Positions 19,680-29,846 of a stretch of DNA of 64,000 nt are shown piece after piece (position 1 is the first letter of the stretch; every line of letters starts with the position of its first letter). The notes beneath the pieces were generated by a model. That model made no database searches. It was not told the DNA's origin and saw nothing but the letters and a program-made list of their open reading frames with translations. Location of the stretch: NCBI GenBank assembly GCA_044226015.1, contig JBGAHS010000003.1:1-64000 (forward strand). The letters run 5' to 3'. This DNA comes from Candidatus Obscuribacteraceae bacterium. GTDB lineage: Bacteria; Cyanobacteriota; Vampirovibrionia; Obscuribacterales; Obscuribacteraceae. Position numbers and translations under genes: made by a program.

Positions 19680-20822
19680 TCAATGCTGCTTCACTTCTTC
19701 TTCTTGAAGTGCCTTGTAACAGCGGTTTGCAATAGATTTCTCCGGCTCTGTCGTTCCGGCGAGTTCTATCGCTTGCAAAAAATACTTCTTTGCTAAAGCA
19801 TGGTCCTTGATTTTTGAATAAATCTGTCCAAGCGTGACGCAAGCGTGACTAGCTTGAATACGAAATTGCGAATCATTGTTGATAGTATTGAGACATTCGA
19901 GACTAAATTGCCTGGACTCAGGCAGTTTATCACTGAGGAAATACAAGTCAGCTATCTCAGACAAACATCTGACTCGCTCGAAAATCCTCACATTTCCGTG
20001 CTTGTTCAATGTTGAGAGAACTTGCTTATAGCAAGTTTCAGCCACTTCAAAATCTCCGTTCAACTTGTGTGCGTTTGCTAAATTTTCCAAAGTAGTCGCA
20101 GATGAAATACCGTCAATACCATAGGTCTGAAGGGACAGCTGATACGCTTCCGACAAACAACTAATGGCGACTGGATATTCATGCTGCTCCGAAAATTTCG
20201 CTCCAATATTGTTTAGTAACAGCATGCGAACTGAGACGTCTTCTGGAGGAAGAGCTTTACTCCTTTGAAGCGCTTGCCTATACCAATTTAGAGACTCATT
20301 CAGATTACCACGCTGAGATGAGAGAGCCCCTAGATTGATTAACGTCTTAACCTCTGCCGAGACATTTGACGAATTCTCCCTTTCTTGTGCTAGTAAACCC
20401 TTGTAGATGTCTTCGGCCTCAGCAAATCGTCGGGTACGAACGTACACAATTGCCAATGCCGATTCAAAATAATCAACAGGTAGCTGAGAACTTCCAGTAG
20501 GAGTTAATTTGCGAACCTCTTTAAAGCACTGCTCAGCCTTTTCAAAATTCCTTTCAGCCGAAGCAATCAATCCAAGATTGAATAACACAAGTGACTTTTG
20601 ATCATTCGACACGGACAATTTTTCTGCTATAGAAAAGAGCTTCTTAGATTCGGCATAGTCTAGTCGTCCATAAGCATTTACAGCTTGCTTCACATAGTCA
20701 TCAAAAGACCATTCTTGAGCTAATATTTTTGGAACTTGAGAAAAGAGTAGTGCCAAACACGCAATACAAGAAGAAAGAACTTTCTTTTTACTTCGTAAGA
20801 GATAAGTTAAAGATACTTTCAC
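19680..20822 (-). CDS. Exported TPR protein
   Basis: Signal-peptide-like N-terminus, repeated TPR motifs (LFNLG, LINLG, LNNIG, LENLA). Confidence 0.85.
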   Translation of the reverse strand: MKVSLTYLLRSKKKVLSSCIACLALLFSQVPKILAQEWSFDDYVKQAVNAYGRLDYAESKKLFSIAEKLSVSNDQKSLVLFNLGLIASAERNFEKAEQCFKEVRKLTPTGSSQLPVDYFESALAIVYVRTRRFAEAEDIYKGLLAQERENSSNVSAEVKTLINLGALSSQRGNLNESLNWYRQALQRSKALPPEDVSVRMLLLNNIGAKFSEQHEYPVAISCLSEAYQLSLQTYGIDGISSATTLENLANAHKLNGDFEVAETCYKQVLSTLNKHGNVRIFERVRCLSEIADLYFLSDKLPESRQFSLECLNTINNDSQFRIQASHACVTLGQIYSKIKDHALAKKYFLQAIELAGTTEPEKSIANRCYKALQEEEVKQH

Positions 20823-20832
20823 TTATTCGTTA

Positions 20833-21768
20833 TCAACTCATGTGTGCGTCTGCCAAATAACCCAGTCCCCCTAGTATCATAAGACCAATTGCGTCACTAG
20901 TAGACTTATCAATTTGATCTGTGGGTATTGAAAGCGATAAGGAAAAAATGGTGAGCCGTATTCGATAGATATTCAACAAAACGGTCTTGCATGATTCTAA
21001 AAACAGATTACAATCCGCCTGCTCAAGACATCCTAAGTCTGGACGCCCAATCAAATTAAGCCAAGCAATTCGCCAGAACAGATCAATCACTGACTTTGGA
21101 AACAACGGAATTTTTATGTATAAGCTTGGATCCTGTGTAGGAGAATATTTGAAAGTAAAATTGGAGTGAAAAGCTGTGCCTGAATTAAAGCTGGCTCCGA
21201 CCATTTCACCCTTCAAGATTTTGACCTTCCACCTTGAGCTGAAATTGGTTGCCTTCGAATTTCCGTAATTTCTAAGCATCTCATCTAAGAGAACTTCGTC
21301 GTTAGCCCAAAACATCAAACTATCCACCATTGAAAAATAGACTTTCTTTCCTTGATCGTAATGAGCAGTCGCACTAAAAATACCTGTCATAGAATGCTGA
21401 TCTAAATCGCTCAGAGACAAGGTTTTCAATGCGTCAGAAGCAAGGATACCGCACTGGTCCGTCCTTGAAGTGCCTCTTTCTGGTGAAGTGCTCATGTTTC
21501 TTGCACCTACGAAAGCAAACTCAACTTCCTTATTCAGTAAAAGCCGACTTGCTTGACCATAAAACTCACCGATAGAAATTATTTGCAGGTATTCTTTCAC
21601 AGATTCAGAAGGGGTTTCAGAGATAATGAAAGGCGAATTAATGCCCAGAAAACTCTGCAGGTCGTCAGGAAATATCGTAAGAGGATCACGACCCATCCAC
21701 ATATTCTCACCACTTATTCGGCTCTTATATCTTAGCTTAATTGCAATGACGAATGTGTTAGGCAGCAA
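20833..21768 (-). CDS. Hypothetical protein
   Basis: 311-aa ORF co-directional with neighbours; start uncertain. Confidence 0.5.
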   Translation of the reverse strand: MLPNTFVIAIKLRYKSRISGENMWMGRDPLTIFPDDLQSFLGINSPFIISETPSESVKEYLQIISIGEFYGQASRLLLNKEVEFAFVGARNMSTSPERGTSRTDQCGILASDALKTLSLSDLDQHSMTGIFSATAHYDQGKKVYFSMVDSLMFWANDEVLLDEMLRNYGNSKATNFSSRWKVKILKGEMVGASFNSGTAFHSNFTFKYSPTQDPSLYIKIPLFPKSVIDLFWRIAWLNLIGRPDLGCLEQADCNLFLESCKTVLLNIYRIRLTIFSLSLSIPTDQIDKSTSDAIGLMILGGLGYLADAHMS

Positions 21769-21838
21769 ATTCGAAAGCCATCATCACAATCGCAAAATTT
21801 GATACAAACCATTATCGAAACATTTGATACTGAAAGCT

Positions 21839-23683
21839 CTATGACACTATTGGCGTAGAGTTTGAATCACTAGCTTTGACGAAGTCGTCCGTTTTAGGAA
21901 TTTTGAACCAGAAGGTACTTCCTTCACCGAATTTACTCTCGACTCCGATGTCTCCCTTATGCTCAAGAATAATGGCTTTGGAAATCGCAAGCCCCAAACC
22001 AGAGCCGCCCATTTTCTTTGAGTCAGCAAGATCAACTTGTTCGTAACGACCAAAGATTTTGCCTAGCTTTTCGTCTGGTATACCGCGACCTTCGTCCTTA
22101 ACCAGAACCTTCAGCTGCTCACCAAGATCTTCTACTCTAACTTCTATTCTCGAATTTTCTGGGGAGTACTTTATTGCATTTCCCAGTAAATTCACAATCA
22201 CCTGAACAAGCCGGTCTTCGTCTGCCCAGCAGCACAGCTCTGTTTGGGGTAAGAGAATTTCAATTTTCTTTTCCATCGCAAGTGATTTCACGTTATCAAA
22301 TGAGGTTTCAAGCGCATACCTCACCGAAACAGCCTTCTGCGCAAGCTCGAACTTACCCGCCTGAATTTTTTCTATGTCGAGAAGGTCTCCAACCAGTCGC
22401 AAAACGCGCTTGCAGGTAGCCTTGACTCCGCGCGTCAGCTCCACGCCTTTCTCGGTCAGCTCGCCGAGCGCACCAGCCTCAAGGAGCGCGACGATTCCAT
22501 AAACCGAACTTATCGGCGTACGAACCTCATGAGTAACCATTGCCATGAATTCGCGCTTCACCTGCTCAAGCTCGTGTTCAGCAGTCTTGTCGAGAAAAAC
22601 CGCAATTCTTTTCTCCTCGCTTCCAAATTTGATGGAGCATTCAGACAGCTCTACAGGAAAATTCGTGCCATCATTTCGGGTCGCTAGCCCTTTTGCTCTG
22701 AAGGCTTCCGCAGTCGAATCTAGCGCCGGCAGACTCTGACTGGATGCCGACACTTCAGATGAGACAGAGGCCGAAATACCAATACCTTCTGTAACAACAA
22801 TTTTATTTTCCAATCGGTACTTACGCAAATCCCTTGCAGTGCTGTTGAACATTTTGCAGGCAGCACCATTTGAAAATTCAATTTTGCCGTCTTCTTCAAC
22901 GATGAGCACTCCCACGGGCAAACTTTCAAGCGTCTTGCGTAGCCTCAATTCGCTGTCCGCCAACATCTGCTCAGCGCGCTTTCGCTCTGTTATATCGTGC
23001 ACAATACAAAACAATCCACCATCTGAAGCAGACCAATGCGCCGTCCAAATAACATCAATCAATGTTGCGTCTTTGCGTCGCAACTGACATTCAAACACAA
23101 TCTTGTCGATGCTTTTTGCGGAGCCGAGAATCGAATTGAGAATGTTATTTGTATTCTCGCTTATAAGCAAATCTGTGAGCAATTTGCCTTCTAGCTCAGC
23201 AGGTGCATACCCCCATGCATTCTGCGCAGCTTTACTCACGGACAAAAACTTCGAATGAATATCAACTATGCAGATAACATCTACAGCTCGCTCAATTATG
23301 GAGCGCTCTCGCTTTTTTGCCTCCATCAGCTCAAGACGCATAGTTCCAATAGTATTTTGCAAATTCTTCAGTGGCTCGCTAACATCTTTTTGAATGCCAC
23401 AGGAATCAAGCAGAGCCTTAATTGCTTCGGAGTCATCTTCTTTTGCCGGTTTAAGACTTATGAAAAAGAAAATGCCACTTCCAAGAACCGTCAGCGAACT
23501 CAAAATAAGAAGAGGCATACTGAGCCGACTCATCGAGTCCTGGAACTGCTCTTGTCGTCTTCCAACATACTCTGCGTATTCGCTGGTTCTGCTATTCAAC
23601 TGTTGCCCAATCAAAAATGTGCAGACACCTACAACAATGCCCAAGACACAGAAAATTTTGACTGCAACACCCTTGATTGACAT
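21839..23683 (-). CDS. PAS-PAS sensor histidine kinase
   Basis: Two TMs, two PAS domains, H-box THEVRTP, N-box NLLGNAIKY, G boxes DEGRGI and GSGLGL. Confidence 0.93.
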   Translation of the reverse strand: MSIKGVAVKIFCVLGIVVGVCTFLIGQQLNSRTSEYAEYVGRRQEQFQDSMSRLSMPLLILSSLTVLGSGIFFFISLKPAKEDDSEAIKALLDSCGIQKDVSEPLKNLQNTIGTMRLELMEAKKRERSIIERAVDVICIVDIHSKFLSVSKAAQNAWGYAPAELEGKLLTDLLISENTNNILNSILGSAKSIDKIVFECQLRRKDATLIDVIWTAHWSASDGGLFCIVHDITERKRAEQMLADSELRLRKTLESLPVGVLIVEEDGKIEFSNGAACKMFNSTARDLRKYRLENKIVVTEGIGISASVSSEVSASSQSLPALDSTAEAFRAKGLATRNDGTNFPVELSECSIKFGSEEKRIAVFLDKTAEHELEQVKREFMAMVTHEVRTPISSVYGIVALLEAGALGELTEKGVELTRGVKATCKRVLRLVGDLLDIEKIQAGKFELAQKAVSVRYALETSFDNVKSLAMEKKIEILLPQTELCCWADEDRLVQVIVNLLGNAIKYSPENSRIEVRVEDLGEQLKVLVKDEGRGIPDEKLGKIFGRYEQVDLADSKKMGGSGLGLAISKAIILEHKGDIGVESKFGEGSTFWFKIPKTDDFVKASDSNSTPIVS

Positions 23684-23706
23684 CGCACTATTATAAACGC
23701 AGGGAC

Positions 23707-25698
23707 CTAATGCTTCAAATCAGAGGAATCGGGGTTAGATTTAGCCGCCTCGGCGCCTCTAGACCCAGACGCTGCTTCATTTTCCACATAATTACTATCT
23801 TTAGAGAAAAGTACCTGAAGCAAACTTATCCTGTTGGGATCTTCGACCGGAAGCGGAACAATTCCGCCAACACCACACTGCGCACGCAAGCGATTTAGCC
23901 TTCCCATTTCAGCATTGGACAGAAGCAAGCCTTTTGCAATTCGCTCTACCTCCGCCAAAGCCAACCTGGCTTTGGATAGTTCTCCTTTCCTCAAATAATA
24001 ATTGCAAATTGTGCAATATTGGCAGTGCTCGTCATAAAAAAGCTCATGAGCACGCGAGAATCGCACGCCAGCATTCGCCAATTCAAACATCAAATCAGTT
24101 TCGTCTTGCGCAGAGGCAATATCAGCAGCTTGTGAGTATACGCGCGATATAAGGGTCAAGTCGTTGTCACCGAATACTTTTCCGCTATTAACTTTGGACT
24201 TCACTCGCAACGCATCAGGCCAGAGCAGATAACCTGGAGTTGATTTTGGAAAAGCGCCTGAATTCAACTCAATTAGCGAAGAGAGCTCTTGCCACTCTTT
24301 CTTGCTGTGTTTTTCATGATATATGCGTTTCGATAAATCGTTCAACAAGTCAATTTCTTCTGTCGGTATCTCCGTACCAGTATCGAGCTGCTGCCTCCGT
24401 ATTAAGGCAAAGGCAGTGCTGTAGAACGACAAAGCCTGCCTGAAAGCCTCTTTTGGCAAGTTTCGCTTTTCATAGTCTTCCGCATAACGATATAGCAAGC
24501 GAACTTTCTGAACCGCCGGCCAATAAGAGAAATTACTATTAGTACCTGTGCTTTCAGAGGCCAGTTCAACAGCTTGAGCCACTTTACCTTCGTCAAGAAA
24601 TTGCTTGTGGAGATTAACCAAACAAGCAATTGATGTATTCGGATCAAGCACGGTCTCCGCGTACACCGTAAAGATTATCTTTCCTCTGTCTGTGAGCAAC
24701 ACCACCATTGCCGCGGCAGCAACTACGGTAAAGAACAAAACAAACGCCGCACAGAGCTTCAGCAGATTTTGTTTTGCACGACGATTCTTTAAATCAGCTT
24801 CTGGAATATAAACAGCCTTGCTTTTTAGTTTGTGCAAAGCCTGAAGGTCTTCCAAGAGCTCAGCGCAGTCCGCATAACGGTTTTCCTTGTTCTTTTGACA
24901 GCACCTGGAAATTACATCATCGAGTTGCGTAGGCAATTTGCTTTCAGGGGAGACAGCACACAGACGAGGCAAAGGTTGGTTCATGTGTTTCAATAGAACC
25001 GCTGCCGGTGCCTCCTCGACAAACGGCGGAGAGCCAGAAACCATTTCAAAAAGAATACAACCAAGAGAGTAGATATCGCTTCGTTTATCGACTTCTTCGC
25101 CCATGCCCTGCTCTGGGCTCATGTAGAGAACCGTGCCAACAATCATACCTGTCTTTGTGAGCGTGGCGTGTTGCTCTGATGTTGTTTTGCTCAATCCGAA
25201 ATCGAGAATTTTTACAAGCACAGATGCATCATCGGAATGTGCTGTTTGCTGATTTATCACCATCACATTTTCAGGTTTCAAATCACGATGGACAAAACCA
25301 TTACGATGAGCGTACTCCAGGGCGGAAGCGATTTGCTTTGCAATTACAACAGACTCACTTACGTCCAACTGACGGCGCCGCGCAATCAAAGCATTGAGTG
25401 GCTCACCCTCGACATACTCCATCACGATGAACGGAACAGAATTCTCGAATTCACCATAGCGATATATTTGAATGATGTTTGCCTGCATCAACTTGCTCAA
25501 AGCTTGAGCTTCTCGCTCGAACCTCTTTGCGGCAATATCGGGAGTCTGGGCCGTCCATTGGTGTAAAACTTTTATTGCAACCCTTCTCTTTAACTGTAAG
25601 TCCTCAGCTAAATACACAGTTCCATTTGCACCAGAACCAAGAACCTTTTCTACAAGGTATCTTTCAAGACAGACATTTCCAACAGTTAGTGTTTGCAA
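23707..25698 (-). CDS. Hanks-type Ser/Thr kinase with TM helix
   Basis: GSGANGTV, VAIK, HRDLKPEN, DFG, GTVLYMSPEQ; TM segment. Confidence 0.9.
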   Translation of the reverse strand: MQTLTVGNVCLERYLVEKVLGSGANGTVYLAEDLQLKRRVAIKVLHQWTAQTPDIAAKRFEREAQALSKLMQANIIQIYRYGEFENSVPFIVMEYVEGEPLNALIARRRQLDVSESVVIAKQIASALEYAHRNGFVHRDLKPENVMVINQQTAHSDDASVLVKILDFGLSKTTSEQHATLTKTGMIVGTVLYMSPEQGMGEEVDKRSDIYSLGCILFEMVSGSPPFVEEAPAAVLLKHMNQPLPRLCAVSPESKLPTQLDDVISRCCQKNKENRYADCAELLEDLQALHKLKSKAVYIPEADLKNRRAKQNLLKLCAAFVLFFTVVAAAAMVVLLTDRGKIIFTVYAETVLDPNTSIACLVNLHKQFLDEGKVAQAVELASESTGTNSNFSYWPAVQKVRLLYRYAEDYEKRNLPKEAFRQALSFYSTAFALIRRQQLDTGTEIPTEEIDLLNDLSKRIYHEKHSKKEWQELSSLIELNSGAFPKSTPGYLLWPDALRVKSKVNSGKVFGDNDLTLISRVYSQAADIASAQDETDLMFELANAGVRFSRAHELFYDEHCQYCTICNYYLRKGELSKARLALAEVERIAKGLLLSNAEMGRLNRLRAQCGVGGIVPLPVEDPNRISLLQVLFSKDSNYVENEAASGSRGAEAAKSNPDSSDLKH

Positions 25699-25894
25699 AG
25701 TTCAGCCTTCTGGATGCTTCTATCATTATATTCAAAGAGCATGCTTGGGAAAGTGCAAGCTGTTCAAATCAATAAGAAATCAATTGATTTAGCCGAACAA
25801 TTTTGCAAGGAGTTAGCACTACAAATGAACTTTGCCAGAAGCGAATTTATGGACTCAGCAGGCTGAATCTAAGAGCTGCACCCAAGAGCTGCAC

Positions 25895-26626
25895 TCAAGA
25901 ATCAGATTCATTTGCCGAGGAAGCATCGGCATCGGCAAGCTTACTTTCGCCAGGATTAGACTCAACAAAATAGCCTTGCTTACGCGTTGTTTTTACCGGA
26001 CAGGGCTCCTCTCCAAATGTGAGCTTCTTTCGCAAGGAACGCATACATGAACGAACTGTATCCTCAGAAAGTGCAGAGTCCAATGGATAAACTGAATCGA
26101 GCAATGTTCTTGAACTGTACGGAACATCGGGATGCCTCATTAAGTATTCCAGCAAACCGAATTCTCTCGGAGTAAGAACTATTTCGTTCTCGCCCATCGA
26201 AACTTTTCTCGTCACCACATTCAGTGCCATATTTCCGACTTTGAGCACTGACGAAACCATACTGGTAGGACGGCGAAGCAAAGTTTTGATTCTCGCTGAC
26301 AACTCACGGTATTCGAAGGGCTTGCACAAATAATCATCAGCCCCGGTTTCCAGCCCTTCAACTTTGCTTGTAATATCGGACCTGCCCGTCAAAAATAAAA
26401 TCGGCGTAGAACCACCCCGGTTGCGAAACCATTTGCAAACCGAAATACCAGCCACTCCGCCTAATTCCCAATCAAAAATCAACAAATCATACTGATAATT
26501 GGTAAGAACCTGCATGGCGTCCTCGCCATTGTGAACCTGGTCAACCACATAATTTTGGGTTTCAAGCCACGTAGCTATTACGTTTGCAAGAGGGACATCA
26601 TCTTCGACTAGTAATATCTTTGCCAT
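25895..26626 (-). CDS. OmpR-family response regulator
   Basis: ILLVEDD, LIFDW, GADDYLCKPF, winged-helix C-terminus. Confidence 0.93.
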   Translation of the reverse strand: MAKILLVEDDVPLANVIATWLETQNYVVDQVHNGEDAMQVLTNYQYDLLIFDWELGGVAGISVCKWFRNRGGSTPILFLTGRSDITSKVEGLETGADDYLCKPFEYRELSARIKTLLRRPTSMVSSVLKVGNMALNVVTRKVSMGENEIVLTPREFGLLEYLMRHPDVPYSSRTLLDSVYPLDSALSEDTVRSCMRSLRKKLTFGEEPCPVKTTRKQGYFVESNPGESKLADADASSANESDS

Positions 26627-26722
26627 GCAGAGTCGCGAAAAACCAATAAATCGTCCTCAATTGTAATACCTCTTTCGGCAATCCGTTTGATAAACTGTCA
26701 AATCATACGTGTGGGCGTTGTC

Positions 26723-26944
26723 ATGAAAGCCGATATATTTTATGACGCTGGCGATATGGGATGCGGCGAACTTGTTCTAGAACTTAAATTCCGCATGAAA
26801 GAACTGCCAGCCGGAACGATCATGCACCTGGTCGCAAGCGACCCGGGTGCCCCCGTTGACCTTCCTGCCTGGTGCAATATGACAGGGCACGTCATGGCGA
26901 AGGCAGAGCACCCAAATTATTGGATCAAGAGAAAAGACACCTAG
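26723..26944 (+). CDS. TusA/SirA-family sulfurtransferase
   Basis: DAGDMGCGELVL ... SDPGAPVDLPAWC. Confidence 0.85.
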   Translation: MKADIFYDAGDMGCGELVLELKFRMKELPAGTIMHLVASDPGAPVDLPAWCNMTGHVMAKAEHPNYWIKRKDT

Positions 26945-26955
26945 GAGAAACAATT

Positions 26956-27324
26956 ATGCCAGGCAAGTTCTGCGTCAGCCTTACCACTTCAACGGACAAT
27001 CATGACAAGTCGACGGTAGCTTTTGTCGTAGCCAATGCTGCAGTCGCCTCGGACAAAGACACAATGGTATTTCTGTCGTCAGAAGGGGCTCGCCTTGCGG
27101 CAAATGGCGTGGCAGAAACGATTAAAGAAGAGGGTTTTGCTCCACTGAAAGAACTCATGGACAATTTCGTCAAAGCCGGAGGGCTCATTTACGTTTGTTC
27201 GCCATGCTACAAGAAACGTGGTTTGGACGAAAGCCAGCTTATCTCAGGTGCCACTATAGTCGGTGGCGCCAAGCTGGTTGAGTTTCTCACTGTTGATGGC
27301 GGCTCGCCATGCGTGACCTACTAG
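26956..27324 (+). CDS. DsrE-family protein
   Basis: AGGAG RBS; VFLSSEG, IYVCSPCYKKRG, GGAKLVE. Confidence 0.85.
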   Translation: MPGKFCVSLTTSTDNHDKSTVAFVVANAAVASDKDTMVFLSSEGARLAANGVAETIKEEGFAPLKELMDNFVKAGGLIYVCSPCYKKRGLDESQLISGATIVGGAKLVEFLTVDGGSPCVTY

Positions 27325-27330
27325 TGTGAA

Positions 27331-28983
27331 ATGATGGAGCCAACGAAGAGCCACTCTCTAAACGCAAAACTCAGTTTCGACGGGGGAGACATGGACTGTG
27401 GCAACGGTCTCCTTTTGAAGATTCGTCAACATTTAGATAGACTCGATGCCGGTGAGTTGTTGGAGATCATCTCGACCGAAAGCAGTGTCGAAGCAGATCT
27501 GCCAGCCTGGTGTCGACTGACTTCTAATGAATTGGTTTCATGGACTAAAGTGAACAGTCGACGCAGTTTCTTGATTTGCAAGGGTGCGCTAAAAACACTG
27601 GAAACGGTAAATTCGCAAACTGAGAAAAAAGATACATCGCAAAGACAAATCAAAACGGATGCTTCAACTGGCGCATCGAGCCTGAGCAGTGTTGAAACCC
27701 AAACAAGACCTATTGGCAGCGCTGACGGTTCCGCACGCGAGAGAAATTCTGATAGCGCCACAGCTACAGCCGGAACCAAGCGCCAGCCTGACTATCGGCA
27801 AGATCAAAATAGAAAATTCTTACGTCCTTTTTCGGTCATGGGTGTGGGAAGCTGGCCTAGAGCAAAATGGTTGCTCCCATACATACATCAGCATCTAGAA
27901 GGTCGCATTAGCGACGAACAGCTAAACGAAGTGGCAGATGATGCAGTACGGCTGTGCGTTGACGCGCAGAACAGAGCCGGTGCAATAGTGCTTACCGATG
28001 GCGAACAACGTCGAGACAATTATGCAAGTTTTGTCGGAATGCATCTCAATGGGTGCCAATTAGTTCCGTTGACAGACCTTCTGCCTCTGGTGGACGACCC
28101 AGAAAAGTTTCTTTCTGAGTTGAAATCTCTGGACATTCCTGCAGAATTGGTGAGGCATCCCGGAATATTCGGCAAGCTATCGCGTAAGTCGTCATTTACT
28201 CTGGATGAGTACAAATTCTTGCGTTCAATATGCAACGGTAAACCTTGCAAAGTCGCACTGCCAGGTCCTTATCTGCTGAGCCGCATTATGTGGATTGACT
28301 GTATTAGCGATAAGATTTATTCGAGCCGCGAAGAACTCGCTGATGCAATCGTAGAATTCTTGCGAGAGGAAATTTCAGATTTGCTCGAAGCCGGAGCTGA
28401 TATCGTTCAGCTTGACGAGCCCGTTCTGACAGAAGTTGTTTTTGCGGGTAAGAAACTTGGACGAAGTTTCATGTGCGGCGCACTGAGCGAAAGTCTCGAT
28501 ACGGAGGATGAACTTGCCTTCGCCGCGGCGCTGATCAATCGTGTAGTTTCGGGATTTGACCGGAATCGCTTGGCGCTGCACATATGCCGAGGCAATTGGA
28601 CGGTTGACGAAAGTAAGGCTCTACGAGGCGGATACGAAGCGCTTATACCAACCATTAACAAACTCCAGGTAGGAACAGTTTTGCTAGAATTTCGCACTGC
28701 AAGAGCAGGCGAGCTGGAGGAACTAAGTGCTTTAAATTCGCAGTTGAGAGTCGGGCTTGGTGTAGTGAATCAAAAGGACACGCAAGTCGAGTCTGTCGAA
28801 TCAATAGTTGATAGAGCCTCCAAAGCCGCTCAACTTCTTGGTCCTGAACGCGTATTGCTGAATTCCGATTGTGGGTTTGCTACGTTTGCAGACAACCCAA
28901 TCGCTTCAGCAAGCATTGCCGAGGCGAAAATGAAAGCGATGGCGCAGGCGGCAGAGATATTGCAAAAGAAGTTTTCCGTGTAG
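27331..28983 (+). CDS. TusA domain fused to cobalamin-independent methionine synthase (MetE C-terminal-like) domain
   Basis: N-terminal DGGDMDCG...DLPAWC; VGSWPR, TDGEQRR, QLDEP; Zn ligands HICRG, LEF, DCG. Confidence 0.85.
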   Translation: MMEPTKSHSLNAKLSFDGGDMDCGNGLLLKIRQHLDRLDAGELLEIISTESSVEADLPAWCRLTSNELVSWTKVNSRRSFLICKGALKTLETVNSQTEKKDTSQRQIKTDASTGASSLSSVETQTRPIGSADGSARERNSDSATATAGTKRQPDYRQDQNRKFLRPFSVMGVGSWPRAKWLLPYIHQHLEGRISDEQLNEVADDAVRLCVDAQNRAGAIVLTDGEQRRDNYASFVGMHLNGCQLVPLTDLLPLVDDPEKFLSELKSLDIPAELVRHPGIFGKLSRKSSFTLDEYKFLRSICNGKPCKVALPGPYLLSRIMWIDCISDKIYSSREELADAIVEFLREEISDLLEAGADIVQLDEPVLTEVVFAGKKLGRSFMCGALSESLDTEDELAFAAALINRVVSGFDRNRLALHICRGNWTVDESKALRGGYEALIPTINKLQVGTVLLEFRTARAGELEELSALNSQLRVGLGVVNQKDTQVESVESIVDRASKAAQLLGPERVLLNSDCGFATFADNPIASASIAEAKMKAMAQAAEILQKKFSV

Positions 28984-29085
28984 TGCCTATCGACAGCCAA
29001 TGCTGAATGCACCCCATATTAATGGGATGGTTCTTGAATGCCGTGAAGCTGACCATCTCGGGATGATCAGCAGCACATTTTTTGT

Positions 29086-29376
29086 CTAACTAACTTTGGT
29101 TACAGTGCCTGATTCAAATCGCGCGATAATCGATTGCAACAAGTCGCGATCTTCGATCAAATCATCAACTTTCTGCTTCAGCATTCGATACTCTTCCTGA
29201 ACTTGAATCATTGTTTCAAGGTCGCGATCTGACAGACCTTGATATTTTTTGCGCCAGTTATAGAACGTGGCGATACTGATATCGAGCTGCTTGCAGATGT
29301 TCTCGACAGGAACTTTTGCATCATAATCTTTAAGTGCCGTAGCGACTTGCTCTGCAGTATATCTAGACTTTCTCAC
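29086..29376 (-). CDS. IS3-family OrfA-like HTH + leucine zipper protein
   Basis: GAGGG RBS, GTG at 29376; RKSRYTAEQ...ICKQLDISIATFYNWRKKYQG matches the IS3 OrfA pattern. Confidence 0.8.
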   Translation of the reverse strand: MRKSRYTAEQVATALKDYDAKVPVENICKQLDISIATFYNWRKKYQGLSDRDLETMIQVQEEYRMLKQKVDDLIEDRDLLQSIIARFESGTVTKVS

Positions 29377-29417
29377 TTTAATTTCCCTCTCAACTCGACC
29401 CAGACTCAATTTCTAAC

Positions 29418-29846
29418 TTATGCACTCACTGCAGATTTAGCAGTCGACTTGTACCAGCATGTCGAACGTGCAAGATTGAGCAAACGACAAACATGCCTGC
29501 GACTGATTCCGTACTCGTCAACTAACCTGCCTAAGAGCTGGCGTTTTGCAGATGGAGATGGAAACTCAGCTTCGATGAGCTTCTTGAGCGAACCATTGTA
29601 TGTGGTCAAATACTGAGAAAGCTGCTTTAGGCGGACTATCTCGTTTCGCACTTCCTGAATGCGAGGATCTTCAATATGTTCGTCAATAAGATCAATATCG
29701 AGGCTGGCAAGAGAAGCATTAGCGGTCGATTCGCTAGAGCTAAACCACTCAGTAGATTGCCTTTCCGTTTCCAGTACCGGCAAATTGAAGCCTGCTGGAA
29801 CTGCGGTGGATTGCACTGTCGGTTCACTGATCATTTGTTCATTCAT
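29418..29846 (-). CDS. Protein with IS3 OrfA coiled-coil / OrfB N-terminal HTH-like segment, no DDE domain
   Basis: EIVRLKQL...SPSAKRQLLGRLVDEYGISRRHVCRLLNLARSTCWY; acidic novel N-terminus; AAGGGG RBS. Confidence 0.65.
   Translation of the reverse strand: MNEQMISEPTVQSTAVPAGFNLPVLETERQSTEWFSSSESTANASLASLDIDLIDEHIEDPRIQEVRNEIVRLKQLSQYLTTYNGSLKKLIEAEFPSPSAKRQLLGRLVDEYGISRRHVCRLLNLARSTCWYKSTAKSAVSA

Noticed and set aside
26723..27400. Selenocysteine recoding in the TusA/DsrE genes
   Set aside because: The motif positions are ordinary Cys codons; no in-frame TGA
29086..29846. Intact IS3 insertion sequence
   Set aside because: No DDE/rve domain, gene order reversed, no terminal inverted repeats or target duplication recognised
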